DNA of 64,000 nucleotides from Sphaerodactylus townsendi. Taxonomy: Eukaryota. How positions within the stretch are numbered: position 1 is the stretch's first letter; each line of letters starts with the position of its first letter. The notes under the pieces are model-generated. The model was not told the DNA's origin and made no database searches. It was given only the letters and a program-made list of their open reading frames with translations. Positions 1 through 12,399 of the stretch are shown in pieces. The DNA is taken from contig NC_059436.1 of assembly GCF_021028975.2 (NCBI RefSeq), forward strand, positions 25,792,001-25,856,000, given 5' to 3'. The translations under genes and the position numbers were made by a program.

Positions 1-436
1 CCAGCTCTCGCGGGGCAGGGCGAGGAGGGGGGCGGCGGCGGGGGGGGGAGTTGTTTCTGGCCGCTCCCCGCCGGGCTCTGGGCTGCTGCGGAAGGGAGGG
101 CGGGCTGCTGGGGCCGCGGGACCCGGGCGAGGCAGCGCAGGGTTGGGCCCCCTCCACGGCTGGGCAGCTGCTGGCCTGACCGGACTGGAGCGCTGCGGGG
201 AGAGCCCAAAGCAGCCTCCTCCCGCCGGCTCAGGGGCTGCAAGAAAAGCGGACCGGGGAGCCGGGCCTGGCCTCAGGTAGTTTCTGGGGAGGCCGAAAGC
301 CCCCCCCCCCCTCGCATAACCTGGGCCAGCCCGCCGGTGCTCTCCTCCCTCTGGCCTGACTGACTAAGGAACAGGTTGCGGGAAAGCCGGGGGGGGGGGG
401 GGCGGATCCATCCCTGCTTCCTGCTTTGAGGAGTCT

Positions 437-720
437 GAGCAGCAGCAGAAGAACAGTCTGGATTTGTACCGCACCTTTTTCTCCTGTAAGGTGATTCAAG
501 GTGGCCTACAAGCTCCTTTCCCTTCCTCTCCCCACAACCTTGTGGAGTAGGTGGGGCTGAGAGAGTTCCAAAGAACTGTGACTAGCCCAAGATCACCCAG
601 CAGGAATGCAGAATCACATCTGGTTCACCAGATAAGCCTCTGGCACTCAGGTGGAGGAGTGGGGAATAAAACCTGGTTCTCCAGATTAGAATCTACCTGC
701 TCTTAACTACTACACCAGCC
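437..720 (-). mobile_element. tRNA-derived SINE (squamate MIR/CORE-like type)
   Basis: Reverse-oriented SINE: short-repeat tail, ccacaaccttgtggagtaggtggggctgagag core, and tRNA-like head ending ctcttaactactacaccagcc. Related pieces occur at 11196, 37255 and 55020. Confidence 0.7.
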
Positions 721-808
721 TAGACAGTTTCTTCTTTCCTCCCTGGATCCATTTTCATCTCCCCCTTGCTGCACGGCTTGGTTTTTACCCTCACAACAAC
801 CCTGTGAG

Positions 809-1668
809 CAGGGGCGTAACGAGGCAGCCCTGGGCAAACTGTAGCCCTGGGCAAACCCTGAGTTGGATGCCCCTCCCCCCCCCATGGGCGGCCACTCCAC
901 CACAACCAAATTTTTTTTTGCACCAGGACATTGGTGCCTGCAGGCAGGGGGTGATGTTTTTAGACATATCAGCACCAACATTTCAGCGTATCATCAGGAG
1001 ACTGTCCTTATGCTACTCCCCAAGTTTGGTGAGGTTTGGTTCAGGGAGTCCAAAGTTATGGACTCCCAAAGGGGGTGCCCGATCCCCCATTGTTTCCAAT
1101 GGGAGCTAATAGGAGATGGGGGCTACAGTTTTGAGGGTCCATAACTTTGGCCCCCCTGAACCAAACTGCACCAAACCTGGGGGGGTATCATCAGGGCAGT
1201 CTCCAGATTAGACCCTGAAAGTTTTGACACTGTGCCTTCAGAATGCCCCCCCCCCCCCTGCAACCCCCATGGACAGCAATACAGAAAACTCAATGCAGAA
1301 CAAAGATTCTTGGGCAAATTTCTGGGATGTTCCTGCAGGGGGCGCATTTTTGGATGTATCGGCACCAAAATTTCAGGGTATCATCTGGAAACTGTCCTTA
1401 TGGTACCCCCAAAGTTTGGTGCAGTTTGGTTTAGGGGGTCCAAAGTTATGGACCCTCAAAGGGGGTGCCCCATCCCACATTCTTTGCTAAGGAGATGGGG
1501 GCTACCCTTTTGAGTAGCCTAAAACCCTAGCCTAAAAACTGTGCCCCCTGCAGGCCAAAAATGGAAAACCACTAAAAATACCCAAAAACGAACCCAGCAT
1601 TTTGATGCCCCCCACAAGGTGATGCCCTGGGCAGCTGCCCACCTTGCCCAATGGGCATTACGCCAGTG
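809..1668 (+). mobile_element. Non-autonomous hAT DNA transposon inserted into an older SINE fragment
   Basis: Terminal inverted repeats (TIRs) caggggcgtaa / ttacgccagtg and an exact 8-bp TSD cctgtgag (801-808, 1669-1676). Contains internal inverted sub-repeats. The flanks rejoin into a SINE core. Confidence 0.85.
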
Positions 1669-1793
1669 CCTGTGAGGTAGGTTAGGCTGAGAGAGCGTGA
1701 TGAATCACCCAGTAAGTGCCATGGCTGGAAGACCCTGGGTCAGCTCCAGCCTAATCGTGGTACCCCTCCCCCCCGATGGCTTCCTTCCTGCAG

Positions 1794-4221
1794 TGCTCTG
1801 GCCGGTGGCAGCCATGGACATCTACACCCCGACACCCCTGGAAGTCCTGAATGGGACAGACGTGCGCCTGAAGTGCACTTTCCACAGCGATGTCCCTCCT
1901 GGGAAACAGGTGACCGTGACCTGGAACTTCCGACCCCAGACAAGTGGCCCAGACCAGAATGTGAGTCCTGCGTGTCTCTAGAGGCCTGAGGCAGGCCCAG
2001 GGGGTGGGCAGGGCCGGATGTGGCACTGGGACTCCCTCCACGTGGCAGACAGACTTCCCTTGGGGGGGGGGCTTGGGGTCTCTGGCAGCTGAGCTGTGCT
2101 AGCCCCTCCCCCATGACCACCCCCACACACCTCCCTCTGTTTGGCACCCCACCCTGAGCCTCACAGATCACCGTGGGGCAGGGGCAAGGGGGGATCAGGC
2201 CCAGAGCCCCCTTGTGGACCACAAGAAGGAGCCTGTAGGCCCCAGGGCCTGACCCTACTGGGAAAGCCCACCCAAATATTCAAAAGACCCTATTGGGTAT
2301 TGAAATGACTTCTTATTTACTGAAAACCACTTCCATGACGTTGCTCGAGGGAGCTCACTAAGTAAAACACGACGAAGTCATAAGACATGAAGGCATCATA
2401 ATTAACAGCCAGTAAAAACCCAGCGGCACGAAACATCTGGCGGAGTCGGTGGCCTCCCTCGTGGTCCACAGGCCAGGTTCAGGTGGCGACAACGGCTGGA
2501 AAGAGGCACTCCCAGCTACAAGTCTGGCTTTGAGGAAAAAAGGTCGAAAATGCCACCCCCCCCCCACCCACCCCCCGGCCTCATGTCTGCAGGCAGGTGT
2601 GCCAAGAGCAGGGCCTGTGTGTGGGTGTGGGTGTCTGAATGCACCCTCGACTCCCGAAAACAGTGAAAAGCAAAGGAATGGGGCCAAAGGGGGCTCCTGG
2701 TGAGCCCCAGACCATTCTGACTGGTTCTTTGGGGCAGCTCTTGCCTTCAGAGGGCAGCAGGCAGGGCCAGGACTCTGTGCCTGTTCAGACTGCGCTCTGA
2801 GGTGCCTGCCCGGGGGTCTGTGGAGAGTAGGAGAAAACTGTTGGAGCTCCGTGGCTGTTTCTCAGGTGGTGGCTTGGAGTGTTTGCTGTCATTCGTGCCG
2901 CCTAGTTGGGCACTTGCTCAATCCCAGGCAAGCTGTTTCCGCCCTCCGCCCCCCCGCCACACTGTCCATTGCTGGAGCTGCCTGGTTTTCCAGGACGAGG
3001 CCCCCTTCTGAAGGGGGCAGAGGCTCAACACAGAGAGGAGCAAAACTGCCCCAATGAATGCAGCACTTGCCCTCCATGGGGAAATAAATGGGCCCCTCCG
3101 TGGCTCCCCAGGTATTCTACTACCATGAAGAGCCGTACCCCCCGACCACGGGACGCTTCTCTGGCCGAGTGACGTGGGACGGCAACATCCACAAGAGCGA
3201 CGCTTCCATCATGCTGTGGAATGTGAACCCGGCCGACAACGGGACTTTCCAGTGTCACGTCAAGAACCCCCCTGATGTGGGTGGGAACATTGGGGAGATC
3301 CAGCTGGCCGTAGTCCTGAGAGGTGAGTAGCGGGGTGGGGGGAGGTGCTGCTGGCTTCAAAGTTAGGGGGAGGGGCTTTTGCTTCTGCTGGCCCCCTGCT
3401 CCTTCCCCTCAGTCACGCCTCTACTCTCCGCACAGTGTCTTTCTCGGAGATCCACATCTTGGCCGTCACCATTGGCTCTGCCTGTGCGCTCATGATCGTC
3501 ATTGTGGTGGTCGTGGTGGTCTGCCAGCAGCGGCGAAGGAAGCGACGAGAGAAGAACGTGGAGATGGTGGAGACAGAATGGTAAGGAAGGGGCAGAGGGG
3601 GAAGGCTGCGGCGGCGGGGGGTGGGTGGGGAGGGAGCACTGAAGGGTTGTGCAGGGTGACCTGGAGGTGCCAGCGTTTGCTCCTCTGGCTTTTGTGAAAC
3701 TGGGAACTAACATAAAGCCACCAACTACAACCCTGCTACAAGGATTATAGTGATAACTTATGATGTTTCTGTACTGATGCTTTGCCTGGGCAGTTATCAC
3801 CACTGCTGTTGTCAGTGCACTTTCATGTCGTTGTGTGAAATTTTGGAGAAACAGGTTTCCTAGTTGTTCCTTAAATCCTTTCTTAGGGACACAGAATATG
3901 ACAGTAGCAGGGTTATAGTTTCTGGTGGTATGTTTCTGTGTATAGTATTCTGTGCCCCCTTAATTTGTTGGTATTTGATCTCATGAAACTCAGGCAGGTC
4001 GCAGGTGGGTAGCAAAGGGGCCAGATCCATGAGGTTACCTGTCTTGCCCTCCACTGTAGCTCTGAGGCGGGGGTGGGGGGAGGGTACCTGCTCTCAGTTA
4101 ATGCTGCTTGGCTGGCTCTTTGAGGATTGTTTCTGCTGCCTTTAGTAACAGGTCAGAGAAGGAGAAGTTGAAGAGCAGTGAGCCGCAGGAGGCTGTGCTG
4201 GGGCACGCAGAGAGAGTCTGA
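1794..4221 (+). CDS. MPZL2: Myelin protein zero-like 2 (EVA1), 5'-partial; coding exons 1794-1960, 3112-3322, 3436-3580, 4152-4221 (alternative acceptor at 4146)
   Basis: Spliced translation [29 protein letters not shown]...VTVTWNFRP / [25 protein letters not shown]...[15 protein letters not shown] / [29 protein letters not shown] / SEKEKLK...ERV* matches the MPZL2 V-set domain, TM segment and tail. GT-AG sites are canonical with consistent phases. The signal-peptide exon is not found in the window. Confidence 0.95.
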
Positions 4222-4432
4222 AGCACTGGTAAGCTCCTGGAATCCCCGGCCCCTTTCTCCCGCTAGCCTTCTTGGTTCCTGGGAGGGGGGCCAGCTGAAG
4301 CAGTGACGCTGTCACATAGCCAGCCACTCCAGGCATGGCAGAGAGACTTGTGGCACGGGACCCCCTTGGGTCAGAGCTTCTGCTTGGAGAGCAGAGCAGC
4401 CCCCTACTGGTTCTGCCACCAGGGGGTGGGTG

Positions 4433-5370
4433 CAGGGGTGTAACAAGGCAAACTGTAGCCCTGGGCAAAACTTGAGTTGGATGCCCCCCCCCCCATGGGT
4501 GGCCACTCCACCACGACCAATTTATTTTTGCACCAGAACATTGGTGCCTGTAGGGGGTGCATTTTTAGACATATCAGCACCAGAATTTGAGCGTATCATC
4601 AGGAGACTGTCCTTATGGTACTCCTCAAGTTTGGTGAGGTTTGGTTCAAGGAGTCCAAAGTTATGGACTCCCAAAGGAGGTGCCGCATCCCCCATTGTTT
4701 CCAATGGGAGCTAATAGGAGATGGGGGCTACAGTTTTGAGGGTCCATAACTTTGGACCCCCTGAACCAAACTGCACCAAACTTGGGGGGTATCATTAGGG
4801 CAATCTCCTGATGAGACCATGAAGTTTTGGTGCAGATACATCAAAAAATGCACCCCCTGCAGGAACCTCCCAGAAATTTGCCCAAGAATCTTTGTTCTGC
4901 ATTGAGTTTTCTGCATAGTTGTCAATGGGGGTTGCAGGCTGGTGGGGGGCACATTTCTGAAGGCACAGTCTCAAAACTTTCAGGGTCTCATCAGGAGGCT
5001 GCCCTAATGATACCCCCCAGGTTTGGTGCAGTTTGGTTCAGGGGGGCCAAAGTTATGGATCCTCAAAACTGTAGCCCCCATCTTCTATTAGCTCCCATTG
5101 AAAACAATGGGGGATGGGGGCATTCCCTTTGGGAGTCCATAACTTTGGACTCCCTGAACCAAACTGCACCAAACTTGGAGGGTAGCATAAGGACAGTCTC
5201 CTGATGATACGCTGAAAATTCAGTCCTGCTAGCCTAAAAACTGTGCTCCTTGCAGGCCACAAATGGAAAACCACTAAAAATAGCCCAAAACTAACCCTGC
5301 ATTTTTATGCCCCCCACAAGGTGATGCCCTGGGCAGCTGCCCACCTTGCCCAATGGGCATTATGCCCCTG
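4433..5370 (+). mobile_element. Second copy of the same non-autonomous hAT family
   Basis: TIRs caggggtgtaa / ttatgcccctg and 8-bp TSD ggtgggtg (4425-4432, 5371-5378). Highly similar to 809-1668. Confidence 0.85.
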
Positions 5371-6687
5371 GGTGGGTGGGCTTTTCCAGGCAGCAGCTGC
5401 CAGCTCTGCCCTGCTGCCAGGATGAGGAATGTTTCTGAAGGATGGACAACTTTTGTGCAACCATTTCTTCTCTCGCAGCCTTCTCTGCCCTCCATGCCCC
5501 TGGGACTGGGCAGCTGGTTCTTTGGACTGCTCCATTAGCAACAGCCGCTGCCGCCAGCCTGTCGTGCCTGGGCATTTGGGCAGAGGACAGCCTGACTGCC
5601 AAGGTCTGCTTTTCTGGAAGAACGTCCATTGACCCAGGAGGAAAGAGATGCCCCAGCCTGCAAAGGACACTCTCCAGCTGGTGACGGCTCTGGCCGGCCA
5701 GCCAAGCTGCAGGAGGCCCAGCTGGTCCTCATGACTCTTTGCTTCATCACTGGCTTCTTTTGGCCACTGTGTGCCCAGATGCTATGTAAACACAACCTTG
5801 CCTGCTCCAGAACTGCTCCAGCACAAGTGAGATGGACTTGCTCCTTTTTCTAGAGACAACTCCATGAGAACTACTGTGGGACAGAGTCTGAGCTCCACGC
5901 CCTCTTCCCAGCCAGCCAGCCAGGCTACTGTGATGGCGGGGGAGGGGCAGGTTTCTCTCCCCAGGAGGGTGGTGTGTAGGTGGCTGCCCTTCAGCTAGCC
6001 TTTTGGTCACGACTTCTGTTGCTGCTCTTTGCTTCTTCAGCTCCACCCCCCCTCCTTCATCAACACGAGGTCCCCAGTCTGAGCTCACAGTGGAGGCTGG
6101 AAACTGGGGAGTGGAGGCTTCCGGGGGGGTGGGGTGGGGTGGGGTGGGGGGAGCGCAGGTCCTGTTCTTTGTGTGTCGAATCCTGCTGTCAAATCCCAAG
6201 TAGGACTTTCAAGGCAGGAGATGTTGGGAGGAGGTTTCCCTTTGCATTCCTCTGGATAGGGACCCTGGTGGTCTCTCAGGGCTGATCTTGTTTAGCCTCT
6301 GAGATCTGACAATATCCAGCTAGTCTGGGATTAACCAGGTCAGTCGGGGCCGTGCCCTCTCTCTCATATTTGTACGAGTCAATGGCCAGAGACCTTCTCT
6401 TAAAGGTGAGGCATTCCAGCAATGCGGCCTCTCTATCCTGGCCCTCTCAGGAACAGACACCAGGCCTGTTCTTTGCAAATCCAGCTTCTGAATGGGAGCA
6501 GCCACGGACTGGCATCCCCTCCTGGTCCACAGCCGAGGCTTCCCCCCCACCGGGAGACACTGGAGAGCTTCTGAAAAAAAAAATCTCCAACTGTATTCCA
6601 CCCCCACCCCCCAGCCAAAGTCTTAGAAGAGCCTGTCAGCCCTGGCAACGGAAGAGGCGCGAGGAGCGCAAGCACAGGGGACTAAGC

Positions 6688-6922
6688 ACAGGATTTATGG
6701 AGGAGAAGTCGATTTATGGCTACCAATCTTGATCCTCTTTGATCTTAGATTGCAAATGCCTTAACAGACCAGGTGCTCAGGGGGAGCAGCAGCAGCAGAA
6801 GGCCATTGCTTTCACATCCTACATGTGAGCTCCCAAAGGCACCTGGTGGGCCACTGCGAGTAGCAGAGAGCTGGACTAGATGGACTCTGGTCTGATCCAG
6901 CTGGCTTGTTCTTATGTTCTTA
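6688..6922 (+). mobile_element. 5'-truncated CR1 LINE 3' end
   Basis: Near-identical to the 3' end of the CR1 at 43605-43828, ending ttcttatgttctta. Confidence 0.8.
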
Positions 6923-7450
6923 CTGTGGGGCAGGAAAGAGGGCACCGAGTTCTCCTGCACACCCTTGACTGCCAGCGCCTCTGTGCTGAGGGCAGCAATG
7001 AGGGGGCACAAGAGACCCCCACAACTGGTGGGCTGCTGCTGCTGCTGCTGCTCAGGATGGCTGAGGCCCCCTTCTGAGGAGTTCACTGCAGTTGGTGGGC
7101 TTACACGGGTGTAATTCTGCTCAGGATGGATCTGTGGAGGCTGCTCTGTCACCCTGCTGGGAAGCACCACCAGTGTTCTCCACCTGTCCAACCACCTAGC
7201 CTGCCGGGGACTGCAGGGTTGAAGCCTGGGGGGGTGGGGGGGTGTCTGGGGCTCCCAGGGGACCGTGCTGTGGCGCAGCTGTACACAGGCGGACGCCGCT
7301 GCCTCTGCCCCAGCCGTGCTCCCCCCCCCGGGGGACTGCTGCTGTTCTTTCGCAGGGCGGCCGGTCGGCGGGGGGGGCGGGGGTGGTGTCTGCCGGCGTC
7401 GGTGCCGCCGCGTCTTTCCGAGGTGCCGGAGTTTTGTACGCGCGTCGGAG

Positions 7451-7456
7451 AATAAA
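7451..7456 (+). terminator. Candidate MPZL2 polyadenylation signal
   Basis: AATAAA followed by GT-rich sequence; the last such signal before the MPZL3 start. Confidence 0.5.
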
Positions 7457-7622
7457 GGCTGTTGTTGAGCGCCAGCTCTGTGGCTCTTCTGCCTGTGTGG
7501 GGCGGGGAAGTGGCCTGGCCGGCTGGGGCGGGGAACGACCTGCCCGCCCGCCCGCCCCTTCCGCCCGGCCCTGCGCAGGGGACGCGCGTGCCCGAGCGTG
7601 AAGCGGCTGGCGAAGGCGGCCC

Positions 7623-10164
7623 ATGGGCAGCCTCAGGGCGGGCGGCGGCGTGGTTGCTGCCAGCGCTCTGCTACACTACAGAAGGGGTGAGGGAGTGGGG
7701 CGCTGGGAGGTCTGGTGGGAGCTGGTGGGCCGGCGCCCGGAGAGGGGCGGGGCTGGCTTCTTCCCGACGGAGGCCTCCTCCGTCTGGAGCCAGGAAGTGG
7801 CGGCTTGCCCGGCAGGAGGCCGCCCGGGGGTGGGGGGCTGTGGCTGCCGGGAGGGAGGGAGGGAATTGCTCGAGGTGCCCCCCCGTCGCCTCCCCGCAGC
7901 CCTGCGAGGTGGGGCTGGGGCCCGGCCGGGAGTTCGACGGCCGAGGGCGGCGGGCGGGGCGGCCGGGCAGGTGGCAGGGACTGAGGCGCGCCTGGGCTTC
8001 CGCATCCCCCGCAGCAGCAGGCGTCTCTCGAGTGCGCGCGCTGGAGGTCCAGGCGGAGGGCCGGGTGCGCGCCTTCGTGGGCGAGGCCGTGGTGCTGCGC
8101 TGCTGGTTCCGGTCGTCTTCCCCGCTGACGGAGAAGCTGACCATCGACTGGACGTACCGGGCTCTGGCAGGAGGGGCGCTGGAGCCGGTGAGTCGCCGCC
8201 CCTCGTGGTTGAGGCCCTCTCCGCGGTCCGGGGGGGCGGGGAGCAGGGCGGCGGGGGCGCTGGCACTCTCCAGGGCATCACGCTCCCCTTCTCGGATCCC
8301 TGTAGATCTTCCACTACCAGTCGCGGGCCTACCCGGCCAGGGAGGGCACCTTCCGCGACAGAGTCTCCTGGGCGGGAGACGTGGCCAAGCGCGATGCCTC
8401 CATTGTCATCAGCGACCCCAGGATGGAGGACAACGGCACCTTCACCTGCTCTGTGAAGAACCCCCCCGACGTGCATCACAGCCTCCCCCAGGTGGTGCTG
8501 ACGGTCACCCAGAGAGGTAGTTGCAACCCTTCTGCCCCCCCCCTCACCTTTTCCGGGCAGGTGCAGATCGGCTGCTCAGAAAAGAGAGGCCGCCGGCAGA
8601 GTCAGACCCAAAGCCCTATAAAGCTCGTCTCCCTGGCCCCTGGGCAGCTTTTTAGCATGGGCGGCTGTGGCAGTATGGGCGCAGGCATGTTGGCAGTGGT
8701 GAGGGGCCAGACCCACCCACTCACTTTCTCAGCCGGCAGAAATGTAGCAGGAGCCAGCTGGCCTGCCCTGCCCTGCTGTGGGGTGGGGGCTTTTCAGTTG
8801 CTCAGATATCAGCCCCCTTCCTCCTCCTCCTCCTCCTCCTCCTCTCTTTGGAGATTCCCAAGAGCCCCCTCTCTGCCTGCCTGCCTGCCTGCCTGCCTGC
8901 CGACTGCCGCCTTGACTGGGCCTCCTTCTGCAGGGTCCTCCTCCCAGCTGAGCTCGGCCGGGCTGCTGTCCCTGCTGGTGTTCCTGCCCTCAGCCGTGGT
9001 GGTGGCTGCGCTGCTGGTCAGGATGGGCAAGAAGTCTGGGGTGCTCAACAGCCGGAAGAAGTTTGCCTACAAGATGTCCTCCATTGAAGTTGTTGATGAG
9101 TGAGAGCATGGAGGGGGGGAGGCTGGAGTCAAGGAATTTACTGCAGGGGGGGGTTAGTTAAAGATGCTCTGGGGTCTGTTGCAGAAGAGTCCTGTGGGAC
9201 CTGAGGCTGCACCAGCTGCCATGGGCTGGAGTGTGTTTAAGCACTTCAGTTGTGTCAGTGGCTCCATGCGACACTCCGGGTCCCCCTTGGAAGAGGTCCA
9301 GCCGTGGAGGCCACAGAGAGGGCAGGCTGTGGCTGGAAACCCTTTCTGAGGGAGAGGGAGCTCAGGTCTCTTGGTGACTTTGTGCCCAGGAGTTTTGCTT
9401 CAACCTACCTGCTGCCCCCAAAATGTGTCCTGCCCTCCGATGGCTCTTACAGGACAGGAAGTGGCTGCCTTGCGCTGCCTGCCCACCAGCTGCTCCGGGA
9501 GGCTGGTCCATCTGAGGTGCAGCGGGCTCGCGGGGAACCTCTGGCGCCCCCATAGAGTGGTCATTGGGCCATGCCGTAGCAGTGAAGAGTCCCCACCTGG
9601 TTGTCAGACTGGAGAAAGGGGGCTTCTTCGGGCCCCCTCAGGAGGAGGCCGTGGGGACAGGAGCCAGAGTCACGTGGCTTGGCTGTGAGGAGTCCCTGAG
9701 CCACGTGGTGGTTGTGGTCGGGACACAGGGAGTTGGTGCTGCTGACTCGACGTTCTCTGTCAATTTTTGCAGACCTGAGCAACCGGGCTGTGCGGCGAGG
9801 CTGGCGGGCAGGTGTGTGCAGTGCCTGGTAAGCACCAGCAGGGTTCTGACGCGCAGCCTGGGTGCCAGCGTGGGGCACCGCAAGAGCAGCCAGATGTCCC
9901 TTCCCCTGTGACCCAGTCCTGGGGCAAATCGTGATCCCACGTCCCATTATGGGGGGGGGGTGTCAGCAGCAGGGTGCACACACATGCCTGATGGGGCTCC
10001 TTAGCAGCACTGTGCTACGACGGGCTTGGCCGGTCATCTCCCGCTCGACTTCTGCTGCAGCTGAGTTTGCGCTGAGCACAGCCTTTAAGAATGAGGCTGG
10101 TGGTGGCTTGGACTGATCTTGTTTCCTTCCAATTCAGGACACAGATGACGAAGACCCTTACTGA
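7623..10164 (+). CDS. MPZL3: Myelin protein zero-like 3, about 229 aa; exons 7623-7686 (tentative), 8021-8187, 8306-8516, 8934-9099, 9773-9827, 10138-10164
   Basis: LEVQAEGRVRAFVGEAVVLRCWF..TEKLTIDWTYR / IFHYQSRAYP..GTFRDRVSW..DNGTFTCSVKNPPDVHH / LLSLLVFLPSAVVVAALLVRMG..YKMSSIEVVD / CAARLAGRCVQCL / DTDDEDPY*. All junctions are GT-AG and in phase. Exon 1 is less certain than the others. Confidence 0.94.
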
Positions 10165-10699
10165 CAGCAGGATGAAGACCCCCCCCCCCCCCCGTCTCTG
10201 GCCAGAGGAACGTTGGTCTTGTGCTTACTTGTGGCGGCAGCGGGCCCAGCTGTTGCAGGGGCCTTTCAGAAACTTGATCTGGGGGTAAAACTTGGGGTTG
10301 TTCTGCCCTTTCGTCCTAGTCGTTTGGACTTTCTTGGTCTGTGGGCCTGGTCTCAGCCCTGGCCTGTGGGGAACGCTCCTCTCTTGTCTGTCCACACGAG
10401 GGCTGCTGGACTTTCTCAGTGGAGCCTCGCACTGGAGCTGAGCCTCTGTGTGCTGCTTGGCCCACAGTTGTGGCTGACGGTTGCCCTCCTCATCTTGGCT
10501 GCAGAACCATCGCCTGGGGCCACAGAATCTTCTTTGGGTGCTGCGCGTGGAGTCGCTTGGAGCAGCAGCAAAGTTTAAGAGCTCAGGGTGGCTAGCTTCG
10601 CAAAGTGTGGGAGGAGGCAGTCTACTTGTGCCTGATGCAGCCAGGGACCCAGGGGGTGGCGAGTGGTAGCGGGCAAAAATGCTCTGGGTGGTAGCGGGC

Positions 10700-11195
10700 A
10701 AAAGGTGTGGCTGATTTCTGTTGACATGGGAGGAGAGGGGGAGTCAGATGGGCGTTGGTCTAAGCAGCATTCCAGAGTCAATTTCCTTGTCCCTTAATAT
10801 CAGCCTCTACGGGCTACTGCCTTTGCTGACAAACACAAATCTTAAAAATAACATTTTTAAACTTAATCATGAGGGAACATAGTACAATACAGACACATAA
10901 GAATCTCCTAAATTAACAGTAACAAAACCTTAAGCTAACTGGGGAACTTAGTCAAACTAAAATCCTAAGCAGCGGGCAAATCATAAATTCAACTCTAAAG
11001 GGGCTTTTATTACATCCTAGAAGGGCATAAACAAGAGGGAAACCATACAACATTGGCATAATCGCACGTTCATGACCTTTGCAAGCCTTATGAAGGCTTT
11101 TGAGCCACACAAGTCTCTGCGTCCGGGCATGGAGCCGGTGTAGTCAGGCAATCTGACTCAGGGAAATATTTTGTTTATTTTCCTGGGTGGTAACA
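10700..11195 (-). mobile_element. Partial LTR related to the solo LTR at 57452-59209
   Basis: Collinear similarity with 58030-58160 plus 58885-59209, ending in the same ggtaaca terminus. The left boundary is approximate. Confidence 0.65.
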
Positions 11196-11305
11196 ACAGG
11201 GTGTTTGTTGTGAGGGGGCAGGGCAAGGAAATTGTAAGCCCCTTTGAGTCTCCTGCAGGAAAGAAAGGGGGGATATAAATCCAAACTCTTCTTCTCTTCT
11301 TCTTA
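11196..11305 (+). mobile_element. SINE 3' fragment
   Basis: cagggtgtttgttgtg...gtaagcccctttgagtctcc...ataaatccaaactcttcttct, the reverse-complement counterpart of the SINE at 437-560. Confidence 0.6.
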
Positions 11306-12137
11306 TTGCACCCGATCATTACTGTGGTAAATAGAATTCAAGGCCAAGCTGGGCCAGGAGCTCTGCGTTAAGGATGGTGAAGATGTGGAATGTTTTCTGC
11401 TTCATATTGAAGTTCTCTGGCTATCAAAAGGCAACTGGGTCTGTGAGATGCTTTTACAACCTTTTTGACATTGTTCGAAGACACAAATGCTTTTATGTGC
11501 TAAACTCCAAGATGAGGCATGACATTGCTTATTTATCAGAACTATCTGCAAAGAAATGAGGCCAGTCATATTCAGCCCCAAACGGTCATATCTACATTTA
11601 TTTCAAAGTTAACTCTATTCAAATTCAACCTGGGCTGTTGTGAGCTGTATCAGCTTCAGAGACTGTTTGAGCTAGAAGAGAAAGGTGGGGCACAAGATAA
11701 TTATCTCCCTCCCTCCCTCCCTCCCTCCCGCCCGCCTCCAAGGGGAGATGTGTGAGTGATCCCAGGATCTTCTTTCAATGAAGATTCCCATCAGGAGACA
11801 AAACCCTTGTCACAGACTGGGGAAATTGGGAAATTAAGTGAGCTGCAAATTGACCTTGAGCTGAAACAGAAGTTTAAGAAATGGCACCAAGAGTTTTGGT
11901 AAAGGAAAGAGATTTGTGATGGCCGTCCAGCACTGCAGGGATGGGCTTTTGCGTGGCCATCTGGCTTCTCCAAGCAGGTCATTGAATGTGGTCCCAGAAG
12001 ACTCCTGCTGAATAACTTGAAACCAGACACTGAGAAGCTGGCATCACTTCATCAAGCCCATCCACCGAAACTAAACAGGGAAGTAATTCCTAAATGTGGT
12101 ATCAGACTGTGAAAAGCTCAACCAAGTTCATTACTTG

Positions 12138-12143
12138 AATAAA
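12138..12143 (+). terminator. Candidate MPZL3 polyadenylation signal
   Basis: AATAAA with T-rich downstream sequence, just before the SCN2B CpG island. Confidence 0.45.
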
Positions 12144-12399
12144 TGCATCTGGTTTTCATTGCATTTCTAATATCTATCTGATTCATTATGTCTGTTTTGA
12201 ATGTTATTGTTAGGGGCCGTGTGAACTGCTGTTCTGAGGGTCTTCTTGGTGATGTGTTTATAGACCCAAGAAGAGGAGGCCAGGCCTACAAAGGCTGGGA
12301 GGGGGGCGCTGGGCTGGGGGCTTGCTGCCCCAGTGGGGATTTCCCCATGCAGGATGGGCACGTGAGGTCAGGCCCGGCGGCTTTGCTGATGCTCTCACT

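Noticed and set aside
809-1668. Recurrent short units suggesting a CRISPR-like array
   Set aside because: Eukaryotic context; the units are internal inverted sub-repeats of a hAT element with TIRs and a TSD.
7462-8520. 352-aa ORF as a single-exon gene
   Set aside because: It is MPZL3 exon 2 plus read-through of GC-rich introns; the spliced model explains the conserved part.
11780-12060. Possible JAML exon remnants
   Set aside because: No Ig V-set pattern (C..W..D.G.Y.C) and no supporting splice sites.
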